DNA from: Sphagnum compactum
Lineage: Eukaryota
Assembly: GCA_965153455.1 (NCBI GenBank)
Contig: OZ234493.1
Coordinates: 14,994,213-15,058,212, forward strand
Direction: 5' to 3'
Length of the DNA stretch: 64,000 nt
The notes beneath the pieces are model-generated. The model made no database searches. It saw only the letters and a list, made by a program, of their open reading frames with translations, and was not told the DNA's origin. A program made the translations under genes and the position numbers. The first letter of the stretch is position 1; each line of letters starts with the position of its first letter. Positions 41,400-54,380 of this stretch are shown piece by piece.

Positions 41400-41950
41400 C
41401 AATATGGCTTTCAACTCCTATGTTCGGCTTGCCTTAGTGGATTCCCGATCTCAAGTTTTATCATCGCAAGCCATTTTCAATCATTGTGCATATGCAGAAC
41501 GAGTCGATTGAATCATCTTTTGTAAATCCTCATCCTTTTCCATCCGTGTTGTTGCATCTCGAAACACACTTCCCACACCCTAATCATCAAGACCTAGCAC
41601 TTGTAATAATCATCCTACAATCAATTTAACCAAAACATCATTATGCAACAATGATTAGTTCATCCCACTCACATTGGGTTTTAGCAGGAACGCAAGTAGC
41701 AACCTTTTGATCATTCTACCTTTGCATGGCCATGGCATCTCCCAGGATGCAAACTTTCATTTTAACATGGTTTTGATACCAAGGACCTCCTTTAAAAGTT
41801 GAAGGCCTCTCGAATTTGGCCTTCTCTACCACTAAGCCATGCACCTCCTTCAAATGTTTGGTTTACCACTTGGTAGCATATATATGCAACAGTGCAATTA
41901 TCGATTTTACATTGCCATTTTGACTCGTCCTTATTCCATTCCTTGTCCTT
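41400..41950 (-). pseudogene. Degenerate C2H2 zinc-finger coding remnant
   Basis: Minus strand WNKDESKWQCKIDNCTVAY(fs)ATKW*TKHLKEVHGLVVEKAK gives C-x4-C...H-x4-H. Disrupted. Confidence 0.5.
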
Positions 41951-42739
41951 ATTAGCAATATTAAGTGGACAAGGGGATGTTGGTGGCTAAGTGGGGTCAA
42001 TTTCAGTTTCTAAACCTAAACCACAAACCTCCAAAAAATAAATTTTTATTTTTTAATAAAAAAACCTTAACCCTAAACCTTAGAAACAAGATCACACAAC
42101 AAAATGCAAATATTATAAACAAGACTAACTTCTTTTCAGGTATTACAATGAAAACATTTTTTTTTAAAAATCCCACACTTTCCATCAAATGATGAAAGGT
42201 GTGAATATAATTAAATTTAAAAGTTTTATATAAGTTTTCTTGTGCACATTTGATAAATTTTAATTTATGTATGTTCTGAAATAATTTAACCTACCACTTC
42301 TCGATCAAAATTCCCAATTTATAATTTTGGGAAGGATCTCATCACTTGGATTGGACATAATCACCATGGCCAATTTTAAATTACATTGATGGCTTGTTTC
42401 ATCGATTCTAGGTTCCCCAATTCCTAATTGTAATGGAACAACATTTTACGCTTGAACTTCCTAATCACAACAAACCTTGTTCAATTTCCTTCTTCTACTC
42501 ATTGCAATCCTACATATCCAAACAAAAACCTTAGTCAATAACCATATTGATGTGAAAAAAAATCAAGAGTATATAGAACAAGTCCTTCCAAAATCTAAAA
42601 AGACAAAGACAAGTCTCTTGAATGCACCAACAATAACAAAGGAGCAACAACACATAAGAAAACAAATAAAAAGACTATTTACTAAATTTTCTACCTTTCT
42701 CAAAGGACCAGAAACATAGAAGCGAGCTTTTCTCCCGTT

Positions 42740-43335
42740 GAGAGGAACATCAATAAAAGCTAATGATAAAAGATGACCATGATTTGGTTGTCTTTAATTT
42801 TTCATAAGAGTAATGACAGGGAGAAAAAAATACACAAAGACAATAGCTATGTGCCATCATTTTCGTGTCTTAGAGGAGCAAGAATAAGAAGTGAAAACAA
42901 CAACGATCTATGTGGTCATCGTCATTTTCTATTTTTCACAATAATGACGACAATGAGAAAATAAAAGATGCAAAGATGATAGCTATGTGTCGTCGTCTTC
43001 ATGTTTGAGAGGAATCAAAACAAGAGGTGAAAATAATGACAATCACAAATCATCGTTTTCTGTTTTTCATAGGAGTGACGACAAAAAGGAAAAAAAAACA
43101 CGAAGTTGACAACTATATGTTTGAGAGGAGTTGGAATAAAAGGTGAAGACAACAATGATTTTTGTGATCATCGTCATCTTTTGTTTTTCAAAGGCATAAT
43201 GCCAGGGAGAAAAAAACCCATGAAAACAACATTTGTATGCCATCATCTTTGTGTTTAAGAGGAGCTAGAAGAGGAGGTGAAAACGATGACAATCATAGAT
43301 CGTTAGACGTCATCTTCTGTTTTTCACAAGAGCTA
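42740..43335. repeat. Degenerate ~120-135 bp tandem repeat, ~5 copies
   Basis: Recurring AGAGGAR...GTGAARA...CATC...TGTTTTTCA units anchored near 42740, 42871, 43007, 43123 and 43257. Confidence 0.7.
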
Positions 43336-45832
43336 CAACGGGGAGGAAGATGAGGCCATAGTTATCATCTTCCTATCTAAAAGGATCAAGAACAAGAAGT
43401 GAAGAGGCAAAGATGGGGAGAAAAAAAAACACATGAAAAAAATAGAAGAGCACTTATAAGAGCTCTTGTCAGTCAAGAAAAAAAAAACCATGAAAACGAC
43501 AAGATAAAAAAAACAAGACATGGGTGTTATTCCTATGTTTGAATGTTGCTCTCAAGCACCATAGCTTAGCACTCCACATCTTGAGCACTCCATAGTTCGG
43601 CACTCCACAATTTAAACACTCCACAGCTTGAACATTCCATTCATGTCTATAGTGGAGTTCTAATGATGGGGGAAAGAAAATGAATTTAGGTTTAGGGGAG
43701 GTAGGTTTAGGTAGGGTGAATTCTTAGGTAGGAGGGAAAACTTTGGGGTCAAGAAGAAGGTTGAAAAAACCTTGGGCAAAGGAAGAGGAAAATAAAAATG
43801 CCCTACTTGGATGTGTTTGGGTTCATCCCAAAATGGCTTGCATGGTCTCTTCTTGAATTGGTGCACTAGTGGTTGTTAGTTCATTCTAGCACTGGAAGAA
43901 GACGTCTATCATGGCTTCATGTCAAAACATATTTTCAATACATGACACGCCATCCACAATGGAATTTTTAAATGTCATACAAAAGAAATTGACAAAAAGG
44001 TGTATTACTCCTCCCAGCATTTGGTACCCTGCGTAAACCATTGGCCGAATTTTATTTTTTACCTTTTATCTCATGGTAGGCTACCTATCCACTATCATGG
44101 GAAACAAATGAAAAGAGACTTGCACATTTTTATTTTTATTTTTAGAAATCTTTTAAATGCACATTTGTTGAGGACAAATTTCATTTGGTCATATCTCCAA
44201 GTACATTGAAAAAAATCTACCAATGTTTTGCAAGATTGAAAACATCAACAATGAACATTTTGAATAATACATTTAAAGTATTCTTCCAGTGGGAAATGGT
44301 AGGGTTCTAAAAGCATTCTAGAATAATAGATATTTGTGGAGGTAATTAGAATAATTTGAACACAAATAACATGGGAGAAGCAAATTATAAGGGAATTTGG
44401 GTAGACTCTTGGTGTTGTTGGAAAGGACTCATTGAATAGGATTTAATGAAGGTGATTTGAAAATGTTTAAACCTAAGGTCTAGGAGATAATGAATTTGTA
44501 GTCATTTTTGTCATTGGAAATTTAATCAAATTACTAAAAAAAGTTTTGAAAAGAAAATTTAATTGGTTAATCAATTCACATCTAAGCAAAGGCACATGGT
44601 ACACTGTATTCATTACCTTAAGCATAACCATTTAGATCTCCACTATAATCATATTCAGTGCAAAGGATGCAAGGATGATTTCGACATCTATCATATACCC
44701 TTTTGTGAATAAAGAAAATATACATTTTTGAAATGGTATGTACACAAAAACCAGTGTAGCAACCAAAGGTAGGTTGGTTGGTTACAAATTGTAAATGCTT
44801 TTATGGCAAAAATGTTTTTTTTTGGGTGTAGGTGCATCCAATTGGCTACACAAAGAATATTTTTCTCTAAATTTGGATATTATAATTTGTGTATGCTCGT
44901 AACTTGCTAGTAGCAAATTGAAGAATGTTGTTTGTTCAAATGGTTATATATTTTTTCAAGCTTTCAATTTAACTAATTACTGGATTTTGAGCAATGTAAC
45001 ATGGTGGCAATAACTACTTCAACAACAACTTGGGAAGTTTTGTGGCAATTGAATGTGAAACATTGTCGATCTACACTTTATTGCATAATCACCAGTATTT
45101 CATGAAATCCAAAGCTACCTATATTACTACTAAGAAATGCCATGAAATGCCTAGACGCCTTGTTGAGTGGGTATGTTGGGTTTGAGTTTGTTGATATTAA
45201 AACTATGCTACATCTTGAACTCATGCTGGTGTAGTTTTGTGTTATAACTTGTTAGGGAATTGAAAATTGAAAAATAATGCCTTATTTGTCCAACAAAAAA
45301 TTATATCACACATTTTTTATATGTTTAATTTCTAAGCCATAATTTTATTTTATTTCACAAGAAGGTCAATAATAATGCAGCTTCTTATATTTGAGTTGAG
45401 GAAGTTGAATTTGAAGTCAAAATGCAAAATGACATGCTTTTAGCTTTATGATGGCATGAATCTACCCTTCTTTCATTAGGTGGGTATAAGATCCGAATTT
45501 GTGAAATATTTATGATGGACACATGGTGATTCCATCAAGAAAGGTGCATGGTTTCTTTTGGCTCTACTTAGTGTTAAACTATGGGTGGACTCTTGATCAT
45601 ATGGTGTCAAGCCTAGGATGAAACATATTAATGGTATAGACCATACTAGATACTGAAATTTGGTACAAGGTATTTGGCTTTAAGAAACAGATCAGAATCT
45701 ATTTTAGAACTAGAAACAAACAATGAAACAACAGCCTAAATTGGTACCAAAAAAACCTCATATAACATTTAACACAATTCAATGGTACACACATGGTGAA
45801 CATAAAGCTTCATACTCTTGATGTACATTATT

Positions 45833-48755
45833 TCACATACCATTTGCTTGGTAGAAAGCTAAGCACAAATTATACTGTTTTACACCTTGAAAAAGTGTCA
45901 CTTGGAATGATATCATCATTGAATTCAATTTTGGAAATTCTTGTTCTTCAATGGCAAATGAAACCTTGGGGGGGGGGGATATTACATATATAATTTGCCA
46001 ATGATCTTCAATTAGGCACATCATGCTCAAATGTATGATTTCTTGAAGTTTGGTCATCAAACAATAAATTCAATTCAAGAAACTCTTTTTAAAACACAAT
46101 ATCATGTACCTTAATTCTTAGTTGCAATGCCCTTGTCATTTTAGTTGTTTAAGATTTTCGCCAACAATCACAAATGTTGTCTTAGTTGTTACCTGTCCAT
46201 TTGAGAAAATGAATAAGTCTAGTGATGTACTAATCCTTATAAACTTCACTTATTTTCAAGTGCACATAAAACTTTAAACAAAGCAAACCATATAACAAGG
46301 TAATACCCCCATTCCAGTATAATGGGCTAGTGTTTTATCTTGGATTCTTTACTTGGTTCTAAATATGGGAACACCTATTAATTTGCAGACCTGGGTGAAA
46401 GTATGATTGGGTGGACCCACTAGGAACACCTTCAAAAGACAATCAAGGAACAAAAATTAGCTAAATAATATTCCTAGGCCCTTTTCTTTAAATGTTTTCA
46501 TAATTATTATTTTTTTTTCATGTTTATTTATTGCATGCCAAAATATATGGCTTGAAGTTTCCATTACAATAACAAAAGGTGGAAATCATTACAATTTTGT
46601 ATTCCTTATTGATGTGGCCCCTTTAGGAATCAAGTTCTTAAACTTTGGAAATTCATAACTAAATTATACCTATTCAAATATTTATCCAATAAAAATATCA
46701 AATAGAATACCATTTAAAGTACCTCAGAAAATTATATCCACAAAAAAATACCCTAAACCTTGTTTGAAAAATGTTCCTAACCAAAAAGTTTAAGGAACAT
46801 AACCACTATTACTTTCCTAAAACTTTGTGTGAATATAATGAACAGGAACAAAAAAATTCAAAATGTTTTTTGCATTGTTGAAGTTTCAAAATCTATACAA
46901 CCTAATTAATGTATTCAACAAAAGAATTTATTAAAAACCTTTCTTTATGTGTTTCCTATATTTTTCCAAAGTTTGATGGGTTTTGAAAAATTAAGGTGTG
47001 ATGTTCCTTGTGGTACCACCCAATCATACTTTCACCCACTTATCCTCCATTAGCTTGGACAAACTATTCAACTTCTTCAGGATTCCTTGAACTCCCCTAT
47101 TATTACAACAACCTTGCCCTACAACTTTGACTCTAAAGCTGATTCAATATTGGAGTGTAGTGAGTTTATTTATAAAAAGTCTTCATTGCTCCTATGAACT
47201 CTCTCTTCAAACTCAATGGTTGGCACATGCATAAAAGTGATATCCCTATTTGTGAACTTTTGTATCTCGAGATTCCTAATAGATGGTGAGAATATTGCTT
47301 CTTGGAGTTTGTTCATAAACTAAATATTGAATGGGTCACAGCACCATTCCTTGATAGCAACTCTTGAGATCCTACTTATGCCTAGACAACAGGAAATTGT
47401 TTAATGACAAAAACTATTGTTTATTGTGTATAAAGAAAGAATTTGCAATAGATACAAAAGAATGGATCGAATCAATACCAACAATGGCATAGGTCCCATA
47501 AAGCCTTCAATATTGAAAGCTTAATTTTGAGTTAAAGTGCATCCTTTTGCTTAACCTTGTTATGGATGTGCAAAAAAAATTGATAGAAAAATGCCTTGCC
47601 CTTACGCTAATGACTAGCAATGATAATGAGAAAGAAACTTAGAATATGTAGAAATTCCTCTTCTTTTGCAAAAAACAGCATGTCCAAGCTCCCAAACCAT
47701 TTTTCTAGCAACTTAGTCACCACATTGCCAACAGTCGGGATGCCCAATGCAACTATCAACTCCCACAACAATTTTTGCTTACAAACCTACATAAGTGTGT
47801 TGTATTTCTATTTTAAAACCTACTTAAAGGTGAAATTTACATTAGCAACAAATGTGTATAAACACTTAATGGGGCTCACTTAAATTGCCTTCACCAACAT
47901 TTCATACATCTACAAAACTTGAATAGAAATACCAAGAGGGGCTAACCTCTATTGCCCACTAACTTCTCTGCACTTTTCTTTCCAAGGCCATCAAACTTTG
48001 ATAAGACCTTAGTGGTCAAAGTGTACAAATTAGAAGGATCACTCACCAACCCCTCATCTTGAAGTTGGTGTAGGATAAAGGGACCAAAGCCATGGATTAG
48101 ACATTTGGCAAAATGCTCAATCTACATATTCATTCATTGTGGAATCAATGTAAATGTAGTTGTAATCTAAAAAGAAAGAACACCAAGGAAAGAAATAGGG
48201 GACAAAAAAAATAATGAACAAATTACATGGCAAAAATGATGACCTGGGCATTTTGAATTACAACAATTTGTTACATGCTTATCCTTACTTGTAGTCAATT
48301 CCCCACCACACCATGGACATGTATTTAGTGGCACCCACAATTGCACACATGTTAACCTTAATTCTTTAAAAACATGCACCACTTGCAAAAGTGAACACCA
48401 AATGTGAAGGTTTGAGTTGGAGACCTAGAAAGGAAATTGCAAGCATAGGCAACCCTTGGAGTTACAATACTATATCAATTTAAGTCATTCCATTTTCATG
48501 CAGCTATTCAGTGCACTCAATTCTCCTTGTTCTTATTGAACATGAAAATGAACACAAATATAGTTGAATCCAAAGCCCAATTGGATGAGTAGAAGCAACT
48601 AGTAAAAAAAGATATGGAATCAAAGATATAGGATTGATAATTTTAAAAAAGATTTTTTTCTAGAACCTTACATAAGACTTACCTAGGGAATGACATCACT
48701 AGCATGTTGAATCACAACATGGTCACCTTCACAAATGTCCATTTTTAATTGTTTA
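45833..48755 (-). pseudogene. ligA: Intron-containing NAD+-dependent DNA ligase (LigA family), 5'-truncated pseudogene: OB-fold end, C4 zinc finger, HhH, BRCT
   Basis: Minus-strand exons in LigA domain order: ~48755-48683 KQLKMDICEGDHVVIQHASDVIP* then GTAAG; 48382-48227 VVHVFKELR..PLNTCPWCGGELTTSKDKHVTNCCNSKCPG; 48121-47947 IEHFAKCLIHGFGPFILHQLQDEGLVSDPSNLYTLTTKVLSKFDGLGKKSAEKLV..AIE; 47786-47639 KQKLLWELIVALGIPTVGNVVTKLLEKWFGSLDMLFFAKEEEFLHIL; 47381-~47039 ISRISRVAIKEWCCDPFNI*FMNKLQEA...SKL*GKVVVIIGEFKES..EEVE*FVQANGG; 46192-~46110 VTTKTTFVIVGEN..TKMTRALQLRIK; probable last exon near 45965-45833 AIEEQEFPKL. Carries stops, frameshifts, a CAG>CAA acceptor and a MITE insertion. Confidence 0.85.
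46392..47038. mobile_element. MITE-like non-autonomous element inserted in the ligase BRCT exon
   Basis: Terminal inverted repeats TGGGTGAAAGTATGATTGGGTGG (from 46392) and CCACCCAATCATACTTTCACCCA (to 47038), extending imperfectly to ~35 bp. AT-rich non-coding interior. No clear TSD. Confidence 0.8.
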
Positions 48756-49322
48756 CATACATGTTTACAACAAACAAGTACTTGAGGGGGAATTGAACCT
48801 CAATCCTTGTCAGGATTCTGCCCAGTGCAGCTCAAGCATTATTTGCAAGGTGAAAGCACACTATGGTGACCCCCTTTGGGACACTTTTGGGTCTAATATT
48901 ATAGTACATATAATATAATTGTCCAAAAGCATGTTACATTTAATTTTGGGTATCAATTTTGGTTTTTGGGCCTTACAACAATTATTTTTACAAAATCAAT
49001 GTTATGTAGTATTATTTAGAAAATAATAATGACTTTTATTATTTATATTGAAAGATCCATGAGTATATTTATAATATACATTGGTATAATAGGGTCACAA
49101 GGTGTGGATGAGTTCGAACAAGTGAAAATTGATGTCAAAACGTCAACTTTTTTGCAATTCTTGTTACATTTGTCTATGTGGTGCCACTTTAATGGCATGT
49201 GAATTATGGAAAGTTATGCTTATTGAATAATATGGATATTGAAAAGTCTAAAATGAATCAAACAAAATTCCAATATCAAAGTTTGGTTTGAATAAATGAT
49301 GTTTAAAAGTTTCATTCAATAA

Positions 49323-50745
49323 CACTACCATTAAAAGAAATCTTGTCCATTCCAACCATATGGTTACAACTATAGATGCGGTTAGTGTCCAAATCAATTA
49401 CTTTTACAACTATCATTAGGTTAGTCCTACGTGTCATTTTAGTTGTAAATGTGTGTAGTATATGTGATTATTGCAATCACATATGCGACTATAGTGTTGA
49501 TATAATCGAATGAAGTCGCAAATGTGACTATAATTTGTGACTATTACATGTTTGGATCAAAAGTAAAACGAAAATGCACATTTTTCATTCAATATTGTGA
49601 ATGGATCTTTGGATGAATGAAAACCTAATTGTTTTTCCAACTGGTCATAACTGTTTTGGCAACTACAACCATTAATTTTTCGATTTACAATATTTTGATG
49701 ATTAAAACATATGTGGCATCTTTGGAATTACAATATTTATTTAATAATCAAGTTGTGTCTAATTGTTTATTGGTGTTTTGTATTGTTTATTAACATGTTG
49801 ATAATACAAATTGTTATATATTTTAAAAATATATTTGAGTTATGATCTATTTATAAATATTATATATGATGATTATTTAGTTATATATTATACATGTAAA
49901 TTATATTATATTAATATAATTAAAACTTATTATAATCATAATTAGGTATGATATATTTTTCATTTATAAATCATGTGCTTGAAAAAAAAATTCCAACAAA
50001 TCATCATCAAAATGTAATTCAATTTAACAAAATTCAGAAAAAATTTATTCAAATTAATGTAAATTTTTGGAAGAGAAATCTATTTAATCGTGTATGTCAT
50101 TGAAAGTACTTTAAGAATCAATTTAAATTTTTTCATTCAGACAAATATTAATAAAATATGAAATATTGAAATTCATTTTTGTGTATGCTAAATAAAATGC
50201 ATTCCACTATATTTTTATATTAAATGGGGTGGTTTGATGGCAAAGGAATTGATATCCATCCTTAAAGTCTAAGGATCAAACCTCACAAGTAAGTGCCTAC
50301 TTAAGCCTACCTAGGTACCTAGATTAGGTGGCCTACCTAGTTACTTAAATTAGGGTTTTAGCCTAGCTTAGGTAGTGACATGTGTCAACAACTCATAAGT
50401 TGGAATTTATGAAATTACCAATAGTATGAATTATTATATTTGTTATTTATATAAATAATGTATTTAACAAATGTGATTTAAAAAATATTAAATCACTTAA
50501 ATTTAATTATTTAAAAAATGCTGCCTGATATTTTATGTAGTCATATTTGTAATTCCATAGTCCTACGACTAGTCAATGGATGAAAAATCATTGCAGTCGC
50601 AAGAGATATGTGACTACTAGTGTGACTATACATGCCATGTGGAGTTTTATGTGATTGGTTGTCTTTTGCCACTTGTCCAAAGTGACTACAAAATTTGTAG
50701 TTGCATGTGTCCATTACAAATAAAATTATGTTTTTTGTAATTAAA
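49323..50745. mobile_element. Probable non-autonomous CACTA-like element
   Basis: Starts CACTACC. Both ends are rich in GTGACTA/CAACTA/AGTCGCA subterminal-type motifs around an AT-rich core. Right TIR degenerate; no TSD confirmed. Confidence 0.4.
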
Positions 50746-51136
50746 ATTATAATAATTTATTTTCAAATTTCTTCTAGTGTACTTTCATAAAAGGCCTTTT
50801 AATTTTCATAATACAATTTATTTCATCCTCAAATTTTTAATGTAATTTAGGGTATTATTAGACACATCTTAAAAAACACTCAAATTTTCATATTTTTTAA
50901 ATTTATGTTTATAAAAAACTAAGCTTTAACATCATCAACTAACAAATGGATGATAAAATGTGTTGGGGGTTGGCTGAAACAACAAATGGATTGCATAAAG
51001 GGCAGTTTTTGTTTACTTCCTTCAGGGTTGCAGCAGCAGCAGTAGCTACAACAGAACATCCACCATTTTGGTGGTGTAGAAGAACAATTACAGTAACAAC
51101 GAGTTTGTTGAGGGAATTGATCGGTTTTCAGTAAAC

Positions 51137-51650
51137 ATGTTAAGAAAAAACCTTGCCTAAGATTCCACCAGCTGTTGTTGCTTCTGCTGCTGTGGCCAAC
51201 AAGGTGAAGAACAAGGTATGTTCTACCAAAGTGTTGAAGAGGGATTTAGTCTTCTCCAGGGAGTCGGAGCTGGAGGATGCAGAGTCATGGGATCATGGGA
51301 AGCTGCAAATCTGTCCCAAGAGAGTGCGAGTGATTTGCACTGATCCTAATGCTACAGACTCTTCTAGTGATGAAGAGGGCAACTTTTGTCGCAGTGAAGT
51401 GTTGATCCATAACAACTCCCATCACAAAAGACGACAATATGTGTAGCAGATTGACATTTGACTAGCACATCAACAGCAGCAGCAGCAGCAGTGTGCAGCA
51501 TTCTTCTCCTCTTGCTCCGCATTTGATCCAAATAGCCCAAAGAAGCAGCAGCAGTAGTAGTTGAGGAGGACATTCCTAGCTACCACAACATTTTCACAGC
51601 TCAGGTGATGATGATGAGATGTTCTCACAATTATGCAAGTCCCATTGAGG
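51137..51650 (+). pseudogene. CRF: Cytokinin response factor (CRF)-type AP2/ERF gene, N-terminal CRF-domain fragment
   Basis: KRVRVICTDPNATDSSSDEE...KRRQYV*QIDI matches the CRF domain. The ATG at 51137 is out of frame by 1 (A-run), and there is an in-frame TAG at 51444. Confidence 0.8.
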
Positions 51651-53499
51651 GGACTGCAAGAAGCTCTGTTGTCCCTCTACTGCATCAGATGGTGTTCTCC
51701 TGGGACTCAGGCAAGAAAGACAGAGACAGGGTTTCCAAGTCACTGGAGAACTTTGGATCTGGTATGATAGAGGATGGCAATGTCCATGCTCGTGAGTCTG
51801 AAGATTGTGTTGCGCCACAAGAAAGACATCATGCTTCGGTTCATATGAATGGATTGCTTTACAATAAGGGTTGCACACATGCCACTGGCAGTGGCAAGAG
51901 GAAAGGAGAGAGGTTGTGGCCTCTATTGACATGTGTGAACCATAGACTGGGTTCAGAGCATGAGCATGAACCACATCGATTGAGGAATAGCAGAGACAGA
52001 GAAAGGGAAAGACGAAGAGAGGGGACAAGTTGTCATGATATGAGCTTTCACCAAGACAGTTTTGGGGGCGCACTGCTGGAAGTGAGAGGACAGAGTGGAG
52101 GATACTTGTGGATTGCCATAGGTGAGCAGTTGTTCACTACTGAGAAGAAGATGAGGAAGACAGAGGAAGGGGTTGTACAGGGAAGGAAGGCCGCAAAAAA
52201 CACATCACTGCAGCTTACCGTCAGAGGCCCCTTGACTTTGCAGGATGAGCAGCAGTCTGCTAAGGATCACTTCCATCAACACATCATTCTACTCTGTAAG
52301 CATGCACATAGAGCAAGTCATCTCCACCAGTAACTCTGTGCTCAATCAATTCCACCTTACACCATGCCTACCTTGTGGCATGGCACCTTCACCATCACAT
52401 ATTAGAAGACTGAAAAGGGGACAACATCATTTCCATTGCTCGCTGGGTTGATGATCAGGTCCCAAGCTTGTATAGATGTGCCAATTTACAGTTCCGGGGA
52501 AGCTCCTGTTGATGGCTATTCAAACTCAATGCCCCAGTGTTACACAGGCGTAGAGCAGAAGAAGCAAACAGAGATAGTGAAGTGGGTGTGTAATCTCAAT
52601 CTTTTCAAGTCCTGCTGCTAATTTCTTGCAAATTGCAAACAAGAGGTAGTTTGGTGCTGATGACAATCCTATGAGAAGCTTCAGAAGGTGAAAATGGGTA
52701 TGTGGGTGTTGTTGTTGGGAGGACAGGCACTACAGTAAACAAATGGCAGTGCCTCAAGGCAGCAACAAGGTGTTGGAGAACAAGTTTTGGTTGCTTCTTC
52801 ACTTGTCTCCTTGCATTATCCAGGTTTTGCCTCCCAGGAGCTTTGTCTTCACAATGAGATACACACTTTGTAGCTTGTTTTCAGGTACATCTTTTTTCAG
52901 TCTGTGATGCATCTGCAGTTGAAGCAAACATCACAAGTTTGCGCCCAAGTTTATCTGTTTATTATTAAATTCATCAGGAGAAGGAGTGCCCCTGGTCAGC
53001 TCCTCCAACCATCTTGGATGTTGGAGAGCTTCAGATTGTGCTTCTTGAGTGTGCAATGGAGTATGAATTGAAGGTCAAAAGTGCACTGCTCTACTTTCTT
53101 CTCCTACAGGACCTTCTGAGACACTTTTCCAGTTTGGAACTTTCAATGCCTTCCACGCAATGGGAGCATATTGCTGCTCTAACAATAATTGGGTTAAAAC
53201 AATCACCAAATAGCAGGTCTGCAGTTGACATTCTTTGTGATATTGTTGTCGACAACTGAGACGAAAATAAAGATGCAGGAGTTGAAGTTTCACAGCCGAG
53301 AAATTGAGCATCAACAGCTTGAACAGCAGCCATGTGTAGAGAAGTTTGCAGGGGTATTTGCAGTTCTTTCTGCATCTTTACATTTGGGCAATGAGCTGCG
53401 CCCAAGTTGATTTTCCAGTACTATGCTTCTCAGGTCTTTTTCTACAAAGATTCAAGTCATTACAGACTACACACTAACACTGAATCTCTTGCAATTTAC

Positions 53500-54380
53500 G
53501 TGAGAGATTATAGCGGCAAGGTGACTTGCAGCAAATAAGTCTGCATAGACTGAGGAAACAAATGATGAAGCTGCAAGATGAAAAAGGTGCTCTTAGCAAG
53601 GAGCTCTCCACCTTAAGGACAAGAGAGAGGTAATGTCAAACTGCACATTTTCTTCTAGCAGGTGAACTATTACTTTCATGTTTGAAAGTATTATGCTTTG
53701 GAGTTTCCTTCACCCATATTGTACCACCACTAATGAGCTAGATCTGTCAGATTTAGTTTGGAAACAAGATCCCTGGTCATTGATGCGGTTGTTTGTCAAA
53801 ACTCTTCTTAATCATTGGAACTGGATTGCAGGAAGTTTGATAAGCAGCAACACACTTTAGATGATGCACTACACCATGTGAATCACTTGCAATGGTTCGA
53901 TCTCACCATCAGCACACTTCACAGAGTAGTAGCCCTGGTTGCCTTACCTTAGTTGGAGGGAGGTACATCTTTGTCTTGGGTCATGTCTAAATATGCTATC
54001 ACTCCAGCTTGTTTGGAGTGATGAAATTTGAAGCAACAAGTAGAAAGAAAAAGACATCTGTCTACTCTCCCATCAACTTCACCCATTGTCATCGGTCAGT
54101 CAATAGCTTGGAATGAAGAGAGAGAGGTTGGTCTCTCCAAGATAAGTAGCAATCCATCCTGCTAAGTTCATCTTGCAACAGAGAGTTGGTGAAGAAGCAG
54201 CAGGAAGTGGTGGAGTGTCAATTGAAGCAGAAGGAGGAACAAGCACATCTGCAGGATCTGGAGGAAAAGTTGAAAAGGACTCACATTGTGCATACATCAC
54301 AGCGACTGGAGCCCTGCAAGCTTCTCACTTTGCTGCCAGCTCTTCGAGAATGGTTACACTCTTTGAGAAAAGTTTGTTAA
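53500..54380 (+). pseudogene. Unidentified coiled-coil protein exon fragments
   Basis: Exon-like pieces, some with GT/AG flanks: LHRLRKQMMKLQDEKGALSKELSTLRTRE, KFDKQQHTLDDALHHVNHLQ, KKQQEVVECQLKQKEEQAHLQDLEEKLKR. Family not recognised. Confidence 0.4.

Noticed and set aside
45833-48755. Bacterial contamination as the source of ligA
   Set aside because: The coding blocks are separated by GT-AG introns, interrupted by a MITE-like element and embedded in AT-rich plant repeats.
48780-48880. tRNA or tRNA-derived SINE (minus-strand GGTTCAATTCCC B-box-like)
   Set aside because: No cloverleaf or convincing A-box could be built.
51605-52333. Longest ORF in the track (242 aa) as a real gene
   Set aside because: Appears to run across junctions of unrelated fragments inside the mosaic pseudogene; no coherent domain.
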